NCBI GenBank assembly: GCA_050012695.1
Contig: JBEKGR010000008.1
Span: 11,092-75,091, forward strand
Source: Sedimentisphaerales bacterium
GTDB lineage: Bacteria; Planctomycetota; Phycisphaerae; Sedimentisphaerales; Anaerobacaceae
Direction of reading: 5' to 3'
Length of the DNA: 64,000 nt
Within the stretch, counting starts at the first letter, position 1. Each line of letters opens with the position of its first letter. The position numbers and the translations under genes are program-made. This document shows, piece after piece, positions 1 through 7,292 of this stretch. Below the pieces are notes generated by a model. The model worked only from the letters and a program-made list of their open reading frames with translations, searched no databases and had not been told where the DNA came from.

Positions 1-475
1 ATTTAACTGTCCCGCCCGTTTGCAATGGGACCTGAACTCCGAGGTCGGCCGTCTGGCTTTTATATTTTTGTGCTTGTTCAACTACAACCGATGGCTGGTC
101 TATGCTGCTATAACTTAAATTCGTGAAAAATGACGATTCGAACTTCGCTTCTTCTGCGCTTACCTGCCTGGCCGCCAACGTCGGCTCAATCAATTGAACC
201 TTCAAATCCAGGTTGTTCTTTAAAGTCATCGCCCGGCACTGCTCGATGCTGAGTTTTATCTCACCCTGCGCCGGTTTATTGACCTCTACTCCCTCATTCG
301 GGTCGTTCTTTTCTTCCAGTTTCAGCGTTTTAATCTCTCTGGTCTGCTCGGGCTTTACCTTTACCTCAAGAAAATCATCTTCTTTGGCAAACTCCTCACA
401 GCCGGCCAAAGCAATCGACATTCCCAGCACAAACATCAAAAATAAACTCTTCACAACAATCACTTTCCTACTCAT
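1..475 (-). CDS. TolC-family outer-membrane efflux lipoprotein, N-terminal part (continues past the left edge; absent from the supplied ORF track)
   Basis: Manual reverse translation from the ATG at 475 gives MSRKVIVVKSLFLMFVLGMSIALAGCEEFAKEDDFLEVKVKPEQ...IEQCRAMTLKNNLDLKVQLIEP. It has a signal peptide with an LAGC lipobox and a TolC/OMF-like N-terminal motif. The start overlaps the permease stop by 8 nt, so it is the last gene of the adaptor-ATPase-permease operon. Confidence 0.6.
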   Translation of the reverse strand, partial: MSRKVIVVKSLFLMFVLGMSIALAGCEEFAKEDDFLEVKVKPEQTREIKTLKLEEKNDPNEGVEVNKPAQGEIKLSIEQCRAMTLKNNLDLKVQLIEPTLAARQVSAEEAKFESSFFTNLSYSSIDQPSVVVEQAQKYKSQTADLGVQVPLQTGGTVK

Positions 476-1727
476 GTCTAAGCGATTCAATGGGGTCGAG
501 CCGGGCGGCTTTTATCGCCGGGAACATCCCGAAAACTATTCCAACTGTACCCGCGAAACCAAACGACAAAGCTATCGCCCAGGCGGGTATATATGTTTTT
601 TCCAGCAGCGGACTCATATGCGCTATCCCGAAAGTCAGAAGTTTGCCCACGCCGACGCCGACAAGACCGCCTACAAAGCACAGTATTATCGCCTCAATTA
701 AAAATTGCGTCAGTATGGCGGACTTCTTTGCGCCAACGGCTTTTCGCAGTCCTATTTCCTTCGTCCGCTCGGATATCGAGACGAGCATTATGTTCATAAT
801 GCCTACTCCGCCGACCAGCAGAGAAATTCCGACTATGCCACCGGCGACCAGCGTTACCACAAGTGATATATTATTAAATGTCTGTATCGCGCTTTTGAGG
901 GACTCAACCCTGAAGGTATCCGGCTCGTCAGGATTAAGGTGTCGTTCGCGGCGGAAAAAGAATTTCAGCTCACCAACACCTTCATCGACAACCTCTGCCG
1001 ACTTCCCATCGGCAAGTGCCCATATCCAGAATTCCCTCTGGAATTTTGAAGCCGCATCGAAAGGAACAATTATTTCGTATCGCTCCTGTCCCCCGCCGCC
1101 GAATTGAAGGTCGTTGCGTTTTTCAATAACCCCGATTACACGGAAGTTCCTGAATCCTATTCGAATCGTTTCACCGATGCAGTCCCGGTCCATACCCAGC
1201 TTATCACGAAGTTCCGGCTCAATCAGGCAAACCATTTTCCCCGTGTCTATATCCGACAGTTCGCGGCCTATGACAAGCGGCCTGTGTTCAATCGAATGCC
1301 ACGCCGGCTCAACGCCGTAAATGTGAGCGTTCTGCACCGACTTCTCATTGTATTTTATCGTGTACTGCCCGGCCTCACTTATCTTTGTGAAACGCTGTAG
1401 CGACGGGCAATGCTCCAGAAGCCCCTCGAAGTCCCTTATTTTAAATCTTACATCCCACCACGTCAGCGTGCGCTTAAGTCCTTTATCAGGCAATTGCGGC
1501 TGAACTATTATCGTGTTGCTGCCGAATGTCTCGACCTGGCTGAGTATTTTCGCCTTCAGGCCCGTCAGCGCCGCTATCACCGCCGTAACAGACGCGACAC
1601 CGATAACTATCCCAACCGTCGTAAGTATCGACCTCGTTTTGTTGGCCCATATCTGCCCAAGGGCAAGATAAACGCTTTGGTAAACAAGGCGGATGAACAT
1701 AAGCGGCACGGCAAACAATCCCCTCAT
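468..1727 (-). CDS. MacB/FtsX-family ABC efflux permease
   Basis: 419 aa with an N-terminal TM, a large periplasmic domain and a C-terminal FtsX-type TM bundle (GGIVGISLLVGGVGIMNIMLVSISERTKEIGLRKAVGA). It overlaps the upstream ATPase gene by 4 nt. Confidence 0.85.
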   Translation of the reverse strand: MRGLFAVPLMFIRLVYQSVYLALGQIWANKTRSILTTVGIVIGVASVTAVIAALTGLKAKILSQVETFGSNTIIVQPQLPDKGLKRTLTWWDVRFKIRDFEGLLEHCPSLQRFTKISEAGQYTIKYNEKSVQNAHIYGVEPAWHSIEHRPLVIGRELSDIDTGKMVCLIEPELRDKLGMDRDCIGETIRIGFRNFRVIGVIEKRNDLQFGGGGQERYEIIVPFDAASKFQREFWIWALADGKSAEVVDEGVGELKFFFRRERHLNPDEPDTFRVESLKSAIQTFNNISLVVTLVAGGIVGISLLVGGVGIMNIMLVSISERTKEIGLRKAVGAKKSAILTQFLIEAIILCFVGGLVGVGVGKLLTFGIAHMSPLLEKTYIPAWAIALSFGFAGTVGIVFGMFPAIKAARLDPIESLRHE

Positions 1728-2488
1728 TCTGCATCCTCCGCTTTTTGGCCTGGCTTTTGTTCGTGGATATTGTCCTCGTCCGTTGTCCTGTCACTGCAAA
1801 TGTTACCGTCCTGCATCCTTATTATTCTTTGGGCGTGCTGCGCGACGTCGTACTCGTGCGTTACCATCACAATCGTCTGTCCCTGCCTGTGAAGCTCGTC
1901 GAAAAGCGCTAATATGCTGTTACTTGTCTTGGTATCGAGATTTCCCGTCGGCTCGTCGGCAAGCAGTATGCTCGGATTACAAACCAGCGCCCTGGCAATC
2001 GCAACCCGCTGTTTTTCGCCGCCCGAAAGCTGATTCGGCTTGTGTTTAACCCTGTCGCCCAGTCCGACCCGCTCAAGGGCCTTTTTTGCTCTGGCCGCCC
2101 TTCCAAACCACCCGTCGCGGGCATACAGCAGCGGCATCTCGACATTTTTCAAGGCGTTCATCTGGGGCAAAAGCTCAAACGACTGAAACACAAAACCAAT
2201 CCTTTCGTTGCGTATCTTCGCCAGTTCCGAATCCGCAAGCTCCGTAACGTTGTCGCCGTCAAGCTCATACACTCCTTGGCTTGCCCGGTCTAAGCACCCC
2301 AGCACGTTCATAAGCGTACTTTTGCCCGACCCGGAATGGCCCATCACCGCGATATATTCGTTCTCCCGCACCTCCAAATCCACGCCGTCCAGCGCATGTA
2401 TCTCTTCCACGCCGACCCTGTAGAATCGTTTCAGCTCCCTTAGCCGGATTACCACTTTCTCGTTTGGATTACCTGCCTGCTGATTCAT
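1724..2488 (-). CDS. ABC transporter ATP-binding protein (MacB/LolD type)
   Basis: Walker A GHSGSGKST, signature LSGGEKQRVAIARAL, Walker B ILLADEPTGNLD and H-loop VTHE. Confidence 0.9.
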   Translation of the reverse strand: MNQQAGNPNEKVVIRLRELKRFYRVGVEEIHALDGVDLEVRENEYIAVMGHSGSGKSTLMNVLGCLDRASQGVYELDGDNVTELADSELAKIRNERIGFVFQSFELLPQMNALKNVEMPLLYARDGWFGRAARAKKALERVGLGDRVKHKPNQLSGGEKQRVAIARALVCNPSILLADEPTGNLDTKTSNSILALFDELHRQGQTIVMVTHEYDVAQHAQRIIRMQDGNICSDRTTDEDNIHEQKPGQKAEDAE

Positions 2489-3887
2489 TGCTGTCGCTCT
2501 TGCCGTTTTTGTTTTTGGATTTTCCTTTTGCTGTTTCCCGCTCGTCTTTCAATTTCTGGTCCTGCTTGAGATTGTCCAGAACCTTATAAGGTCCGACTAC
2601 AACCTTGTCGCCCTCTTTAAGCCCCGCCAGAACTATCGTATGTGTCAAATCGCTTTGCCTTGCCTGGACGGGTGTAGCAACGGCTTTGCCGTCAATAAAC
2701 CTGTAAACAACCGTCGCGAATTTCTTACCCTTATCAAGCTCGGCGCTTTTATCACGGATATCCACCGGCAAACTGTCAACCTCTCTTGCCAGTATCGCCT
2801 GACTCGGCACAGTGATAACGTCGGGGTGTTTCCTCGTCTCGATATCAATGTCCGCCGTCAATCCGGTATAAAGCTTTGAGACATTCGAGTCGTTATCAAG
2901 CAGGATTTCCGTGCGGTAATATCTTGTCCCGTTATTGCTGAACCTGTGTTTTAGCGCAATCTCATCGACTGCACCTCTGAACTTGACATTGGGAAATGCC
3001 TGCACGCTCACAATCGCTTTTTGCCCGACCTCAAGCGCCCCGATATCCGCTTCATCAACCTGCGCCACCACCAGCATCTTAGAGCGGTCCGACACCTCCA
3101 TTATCACCGTCCCCGGGTTATTCATCGTCCCGGTCATTACCATTTCACCCACCTTGGCATTGACACGCGTTACAACGCCGTTGATTGGCGAGGTTATCGT
3201 AGTGTAACTGTAGTATTCCTTCGCTTCTTCAATCCTGGCTTCCGCGGCGTCGAGATTATGCTTCAATACCGTTATATTCTTTTCAGACGCCTCCAGATTA
3301 TATTTGGCCGACAGATATTGCCCCGCAAGCTCATCGACCTTGTATTTTATCAGGTCAAAATCTGCCTTGCTTATGTCTCTCGATTCAAACAGCCCCTTTT
3401 TCCTTTCGAGGTCCTTTTGTGACTGCTCCAGTGTAGCAGCAAGAGCCACAAGATTCGCTTTGCTGCCCTCAATCCTCGATCTCTCAACCTCTACCTGTGC
3501 CTCCTCTGCCGACCTGCTGGCTTCAGCTAATTTCAACTGGCTCTCCAAATCCTTTGCGTCAAGCTTGACCAGCACCGACGCAGGTATCGGCGGGTTAGCG
3601 TTCGGGTCGCCGCAGGTAACAACGTTGCCCTCGTCATAGGGCATATCAATTATCCGGGCAGACACCTTTGCGCTTATCTGAACCATTTCCTTTGGCTCAA
3701 TCTCACCCGTTGCGCTTACTCGCTCGGTCAAATCCCCGCGCTTGACCTCCTCAATACGCACCACTTCCTCTTTGGCTTTTCCTTTGTAACTTTTGGCCGC
3801 CAGCCCGCCAATCACCAGCAGCACTAAAACCACCACTATTGTAATAATAATCCATGTTCTACGTTTTTTCACAACCACACCTCTCAC
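2469..3887 (-). CDS. HlyD/MacA-family periplasmic adaptor (membrane fusion protein)
   Basis: 472 aa with an N-terminal membrane anchor (WIIITIVVVLVLLVIGGLAA), a long coiled-coil hairpin region and a beta-barrel C-terminal part. It is the first gene of the efflux operon. Confidence 0.8.
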   Translation of the reverse strand: MRGVVVKKRRTWIIITIVVVLVLLVIGGLAAKSYKGKAKEEVVRIEEVKRGDLTERVSATGEIEPKEMVQISAKVSARIIDMPYDEGNVVTCGDPNANPPIPASVLVKLDAKDLESQLKLAEASRSAEEAQVEVERSRIEGSKANLVALAATLEQSQKDLERKKGLFESRDISKADFDLIKYKVDELAGQYLSAKYNLEASEKNITVLKHNLDAAEARIEEAKEYYSYTTITSPINGVVTRVNAKVGEMVMTGTMNNPGTVIMEVSDRSKMLVVAQVDEADIGALEVGQKAIVSVQAFPNVKFRGAVDEIALKHRFSNNGTRYYRTEILLDNDSNVSKLYTGLTADIDIETRKHPDVITVPSQAILAREVDSLPVDIRDKSAELDKGKKFATVVYRFIDGKAVATPVQARQSDLTHTIVLAGLKEGDKVVVGPYKVLDNLKQDQKLKDERETAKGKSKNKNGKSDSNESAGR

Positions 3888-4152
3888 GCTAAAAAAACTG
3901 TTACGGGGCCTCCCCTGCCTTATTATGTCCTTTACCTATTATAACGTGCAACGTTACCGTTTTATTATCATAGTTTGTGTTTTTTTGCGATTTCGGCATC
4001 ATTTATTAGCATTTTTGGGCCTATTTGAGCATTTCAAAGCTGTATTTGGGGGGACCAATATTTAGCTAATCGCTATGATATTTTTGAAAATAGCAATATT
4101 GGGGTAAAAAGCCGCTCCTCTCCGCTGAAGCAAAATATCCCTGCCTGTCCAC

Positions 4153-4226
4153 TACGCCCGACAGGATTCGAACCTGTGACCTACGGATTAGAAATCCGTT
4201 GCTCTATCCAGCTGAGCTACGGGCGC
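4153..4226 (-). tRNA. tRNA-Arg (anticodon TCT)
   Basis: The reverse complement reads GCGCCCGTAGCTCAGCTGGATAGAGCAACGGATTTCTAATCCGTAGGTCACAGGTTCGAATCCTGTCGGGCGTA. It folds as a cloverleaf with a 7-bp acceptor stem (G1-U72 wobble), an ACGGA/TCCGT anticodon stem, the loop TTTCTAA and a GGTTCGAATCC T-arm. CCA is not encoded. Confidence 0.9.
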
Positions 4227-4307
4227 TAAATTTTTAAGTGGTGGTAGTATAACAACTTCTATCTTGCTTTGCCAATATCTGAAATGTCTTAGGGAGTTAA
4301 AAAGTGT
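4188..4307. repeat. Direct repeat copy A (120 bp): tRNA-Arg positions 1-38 plus 81 bp of upstream promoter region
   Basis: 119/120 identical to 21419..21538, with a single mismatch at 4293/21524. The inner boundary falls exactly at the end of the anticodon loop. Confidence 0.95.
4246..4275 (-). promoter_or_regulatory. Putative tRNA-Arg promoter (-35 TTGGCA, 18-nt spacer, extended -10 TGTTATACT)
   Basis: The minus strand reads TTGGCAAAGCAAGATAGAAGTTGTTATACTACCACC, about 20 nt upstream of tRNA position 1. It lies entirely inside repeat A. Confidence 0.5.
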
Positions 4308-4483
4308 CAGTCGCCCCCTGTTTTGGCTTCTCTTAATCTCTTAAAATCACTATGATCTGTTTCTGCCTGAATCTTGTGCCACGCATTGTAAACGGATGCT
4401 GTCATGCCGGGGTTCTAATTATAAGTGGCTCAGTTTTCGGGGGTAAGGTCACCGATAATATTAATAACCGGAAAGTACAAGTT

Positions 4484-4924
4484 ATGAAGCATTCTGAAAA
4501 ACTTAAAATTCTGTTTCTTTGCACCGGCAACTCCTGTCGGAGCCAGATGGCCGAGGGCTGGGCGAGAAAGTTTAAAAGCGATTCGATTGAGCCGTATTCG
4601 GCTGGTATAGAGCCACACGGTCTTGACCCGATTGCTGTCAAGGTTATGGCTGAGGTCGGCGTCGATATATCGAATAATCGCTCAAAACACCTCGACGATT
4701 TCAAAGGCGTAAATTTTGATTTCGTTATCACCGTCTGTGACCACGCCCACGAACACTGCCCCATTTTCTCCGGAAAAACCAGAGTTCTTCATTTCGGTTT
4801 TGATGACCCGCCTCGACTGGCAAAACAGGCAGCAAACGAGCAGGAAGTATTGGACATTTATCGTAGAGTGCGTGATGAAATAAAGGCGTTTGTGGAACAT
4901 TTACCAGATAACCTGGCGGAATGA
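4484..4924 (+). CDS. arsC: Arsenate reductase, thioredoxin-coupled LMW-PTP family
   Basis: Starts MKHSEKLKILFLCTGNSCRSQMAEGW, carrying the CX5R P-loop. It also has the Cys pair VCDHAHEHCP, as in Cys10/82/89-type ArsC. The start was moved to ATG 4484, codon 45 of the tracked ORF. Confidence 0.85.
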   Translation: MKHSEKLKILFLCTGNSCRSQMAEGWARKFKSDSIEPYSAGIEPHGLDPIAVKVMAEVGVDISNNRSKHLDDFKGVNFDFVITVCDHAHEHCPIFSGKTRVLHFGFDDPPRLAKQAANEQEVLDIYRRVRDEIKAFVEHLPDNLAE

Positions 4925-4944
4925 TACAGAAGCCGATTCGGCTG

Positions 4945-5499
4945 CTACGCATTAACCATGTTCCCTGAGCAGCTTCGTTTAAAAGCGATATAATCCTGCT
5001 CCTGCTGGTTTTCATTTCTGCAAATTTCCAGCATTCGATGGTTCTCATAAAGCCACGATTCCGCCCCGGGGCTTTTACCCATATCGAGGACAAATCTGAT
5101 ATTGACGCTAATGTCTCTCAGTGGCTCGATACCAGGTTCGCTGGATGCAAACTCCATAATCTCATCGATGTCTTCTATTACAACGCCTGTATAATACTGT
5201 TGATGTTCCCAGCGGTGCGGCACAATCAGTACGCAGCTTAGATTACTGAATGCCGACGGCCGGCCGAGCAGCAAAATGCCTGGGTCTATGACGGGTATAT
5301 ATGAGCCGTTAAATTCTATAACGCCTCTTATATGAGTGGGCTTCTTGTAATCGAGCTTTATAAGTTCCCTACAGCCCAGGCAACGCAGGTTTAATTTTCG
5401 TGTCTTGGTTTCATGAGCAAGCAGAAAGGTCGTAAACCAGTAATATTTGCTTTGGCTGATTTCTTCAACTTGCTGTGGCTCTTTTGTCATCGTTACCAT
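4945..5499 (-). CDS. CheW-like domain protein
   Basis: The core IRGVIEFNGSYIPVIDPGILLLG...CVLIV...YTGVVIEDIDEIMEF follows the CheW pattern (GV.NLRG..vPVvDL ... ivv ... G.vVD.V.eV). The rest of the protein is unassignable. Confidence 0.5.
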   Translation of the reverse strand: MVTMTKEPQQVEEISQSKYYWFTTFLLAHETKTRKLNLRCLGCRELIKLDYKKPTHIRGVIEFNGSYIPVIDPGILLLGRPSAFSNLSCVLIVPHRWEHQQYYTGVVIEDIDEIMEFASSEPGIEPLRDISVNIRFVLDMGKSPGAESWLYENHRMLEICRNENQQEQDYIAFKRSCSGNMVNA

Positions 5500-5553
5500 T
5501 TCTTTCTCCTTAAACTTTGAACTATATCGAACTTCCTCAATTACTACGTCCTC

Positions 5554-5607
5554 AGATTAATAAAGGGTTGTCAGTGGTTTATTAAATTTCTGTTAGGAAT
5601 TGGTTAA
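5554..5607 (-). promoter_or_regulatory. Pho-box-type promoter for the CheW-like gene
   Basis: The minus strand reads TTAACC-N5-CTAACA-N5-TTAATA-N5-CTGACA. The 5-mer units start on the plus strand at 5603, 5592, 5581 and 5570, an exact 11-bp phase. Nine nt further on is TAATCT (5559..5554). Confidence 0.6.
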
Positions 5608-5685
5608 TCACCATCAATATGTGTATGCCTGAAATATTCAGGAGAGGACACAAATCAATTTGACGTTCATTGTGAAGCCGCAAAT

Positions 5686-5739
5686 TTAATTCTTTTCTAA
5701 TCGATGCCTAATCGCACATCAACAAAAACGCATTAGACT
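5686..5739 (+). promoter_or_regulatory. Pho-box-type promoter for the DUF1559 / PstS-dockerin genes
   Basis: TTAAT, CTAAT, CTAAT and TCAAC(A) sit at 5686, 5697, 5708 and 5719, an exact 11-bp phase. Nine nt further on is TAGACT (5734..5739). This implies a leader of about 230 nt before the ATG at 5974. Confidence 0.55.
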
Positions 5740-5973
5740 TCTCTTCCAAATTACAGGGTTGCAGTTCAAGTATGGTGATTAGGAAAAAAGGAATGTCGAA
5801 ACTAAAACCGGTATCGCGATCAGTCGGAAGGTGCAGAAAAACTATCCCCAAATTTTTTAAAATTTTGGATTTTGGCAACCGTTCCAATCTGAGAAATGCC
5901 GGTTTTTTGTATGTTACCCGGGCCTGGAGGTCCGGACTATGAATAAGGGTTTTATTGGCTAAGGAGCGGTTTT

Positions 5974-7095
5974 ATGAAGGAATCAATTGTGGAAGCAAAA
6001 CAGGACGGAGTTTCAAAACGAAAACGAAGTATTATGCAGCAGTCGGGGTTCACTTTGGTGGAGTTGCTTGTCGTGATAGCCATCATTGCCTTGTTAATGG
6101 GAATATTGCTGCCAAGCTTAAACAAGGCAAGACAAACGGCATATTGCGCTAAAACAGGCGGCAATCTGCATAACGTGGGGCTTGCGATAGAAACATTCGC
6201 AGCTGATTTCGGGTCTTATCCGCCCTCGTATTTGTATCCCAAAGATGCGACTGTCGATGACGTTAAGTCAATAATGTGCAATGAGGACGAAAGCCATCCG
6301 TACGGCTATGTGCACTGGTCATGGTTTCTGTTTGAAAGCGGACGCGTGGATGCAAGCGCATTTACCTGCCCCGCGGTCAAAGGCGGCGGATGTCCTCGCA
6401 CCAATCCGGGCAAGAAGTTGTCTGATTGGGAAAATGGCCAACAGGACCAGACCAGCAGCAGCGGACCAAACCCCACGCTTCAGGATAAGCAGGCGCCTCG
6501 AATGGCGTTTACCGCCAACGCGGTGATTATACCGAGGAATAAATTCACCTGCGATGACACAGCCGGTTTAGCAAGGCATAACCGGCTTGTGACCCCCACG
6601 GAAATTCAACGCCCTGCCGAGGTAATCCTCTTAACCGAGTTTAACGAGGATTGGCAGGCCATTGAGGCGGTGGACAGTGGCTCCGGAACACTAGTAAGTA
6701 AAAGCCACAGGCCTATTCTGCCTTTTACGCATAGCGCAGCCGGTTATGCCGGCTACGCCATATATAATGATGCAGGGACCCGTTTTGAATATGGGACGGG
6801 ATATAATACCGCGAATGTTTCCTGGGGGCTTAAGAACTTGGCGGATATTTCAAACCCAGCTAACCATTTCATTGACGGAGAAACCGGTCATCAGCTTAAC
6901 GCGGTAGGCAGACATCATCCCGGCACATGGAAAGCCACAACCGATAAGGGAGCAAACCAGGATATGGGCGGCACCACGATGTTCCTTTATTGCGACGGAC
7001 ATACCGAGAGAAAAACAATTCTGGAGACGGTTCAAAAACTCGAATGGGGCAAAAAATTCTACAGTGTAACGGGCGACCAGTTGGTCTTTTATTGA
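5974..7095 (+). CDS. DUF1559-type protein: prepilin-like N-terminal methylation domain plus a C-terminal H-X9-DG-like motif
   Basis: Has ...QQSG/FTLVELLVVIAIIALLMGILLPSL (class III signal, Glu at +5) and the C-terminal motif MFLYCDGHTE. An AAGGAG RBS lies 7 nt before the ATG at 5974. An alternative start at 6034 would give a short leader. Confidence 0.8.
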   Translation: MKESIVEAKQDGVSKRKRSIMQQSGFTLVELLVVIAIIALLMGILLPSLNKARQTAYCAKTGGNLHNVGLAIETFAADFGSYPPSYLYPKDATVDDVKSIMCNEDESHPYGYVHWSWFLFESGRVDASAFTCPAVKGGGCPRTNPGKKLSDWENGQQDQTSSSGPNPTLQDKQAPRMAFTANAVIIPRNKFTCDDTAGLARHNRLVTPTEIQRPAEVILLTEFNEDWQAIEAVDSGSGTLVSKSHRPILPFTHSAAGYAGYAIYNDAGTRFEYGTGYNTANVSWGLKNLADISNPANHFIDGETGHQLNAVGRHHPGTWKATTDKGANQDMGGTTMFLYCDGHTERKTILETVQKLEWGKKFYSVTGDQLVFY

Positions 7096-7292
7096 TAGCG
7101 GATGATATTTAGGTGGCCGCATAATAAATTAACAAAGAACTTATTTTATTGAGAATAAAAAAGAGTGAAGGAGAAAGGAGTGACTGTAAGGTAAAAAGCA
7201 AAACTGGCGACGGGCGAGGGTGTTGAACATTAATAAGTAAAATTTAATTTATGTGTATAACTTGATAACTTTAGGTATTGTTAGGAGGAAAA

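Noticed and set aside
213-1107. Plus-strand ORFs 213..701, 490..1107 and 593..799. Many similar antisense ORFs occur throughout the window, for example 13638..13883, 19276..19602, 37286..38014, 42768..43745 and 61549..62277.
   Set aside because: They lie antisense to or overlap genes with strong family signatures. Their composition is low-complexity or Arg/Ser/Pro-rich, as is typical of off-frame translation, and none has a motif or an RBS.
7096-7292. Possible separate Pho box upstream of the PstS-dockerin gene (TTAACA at 7129; TTAAT at 7230 and 7244)
   Set aside because: The units are not in 11-bp phase (spacings of 11 with a mismatch, then 14) and there is no TAnnnT at the fixed 9-nt distance. 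The gene is more simply explained as co-transcribed with the upstream DUF1559 gene.
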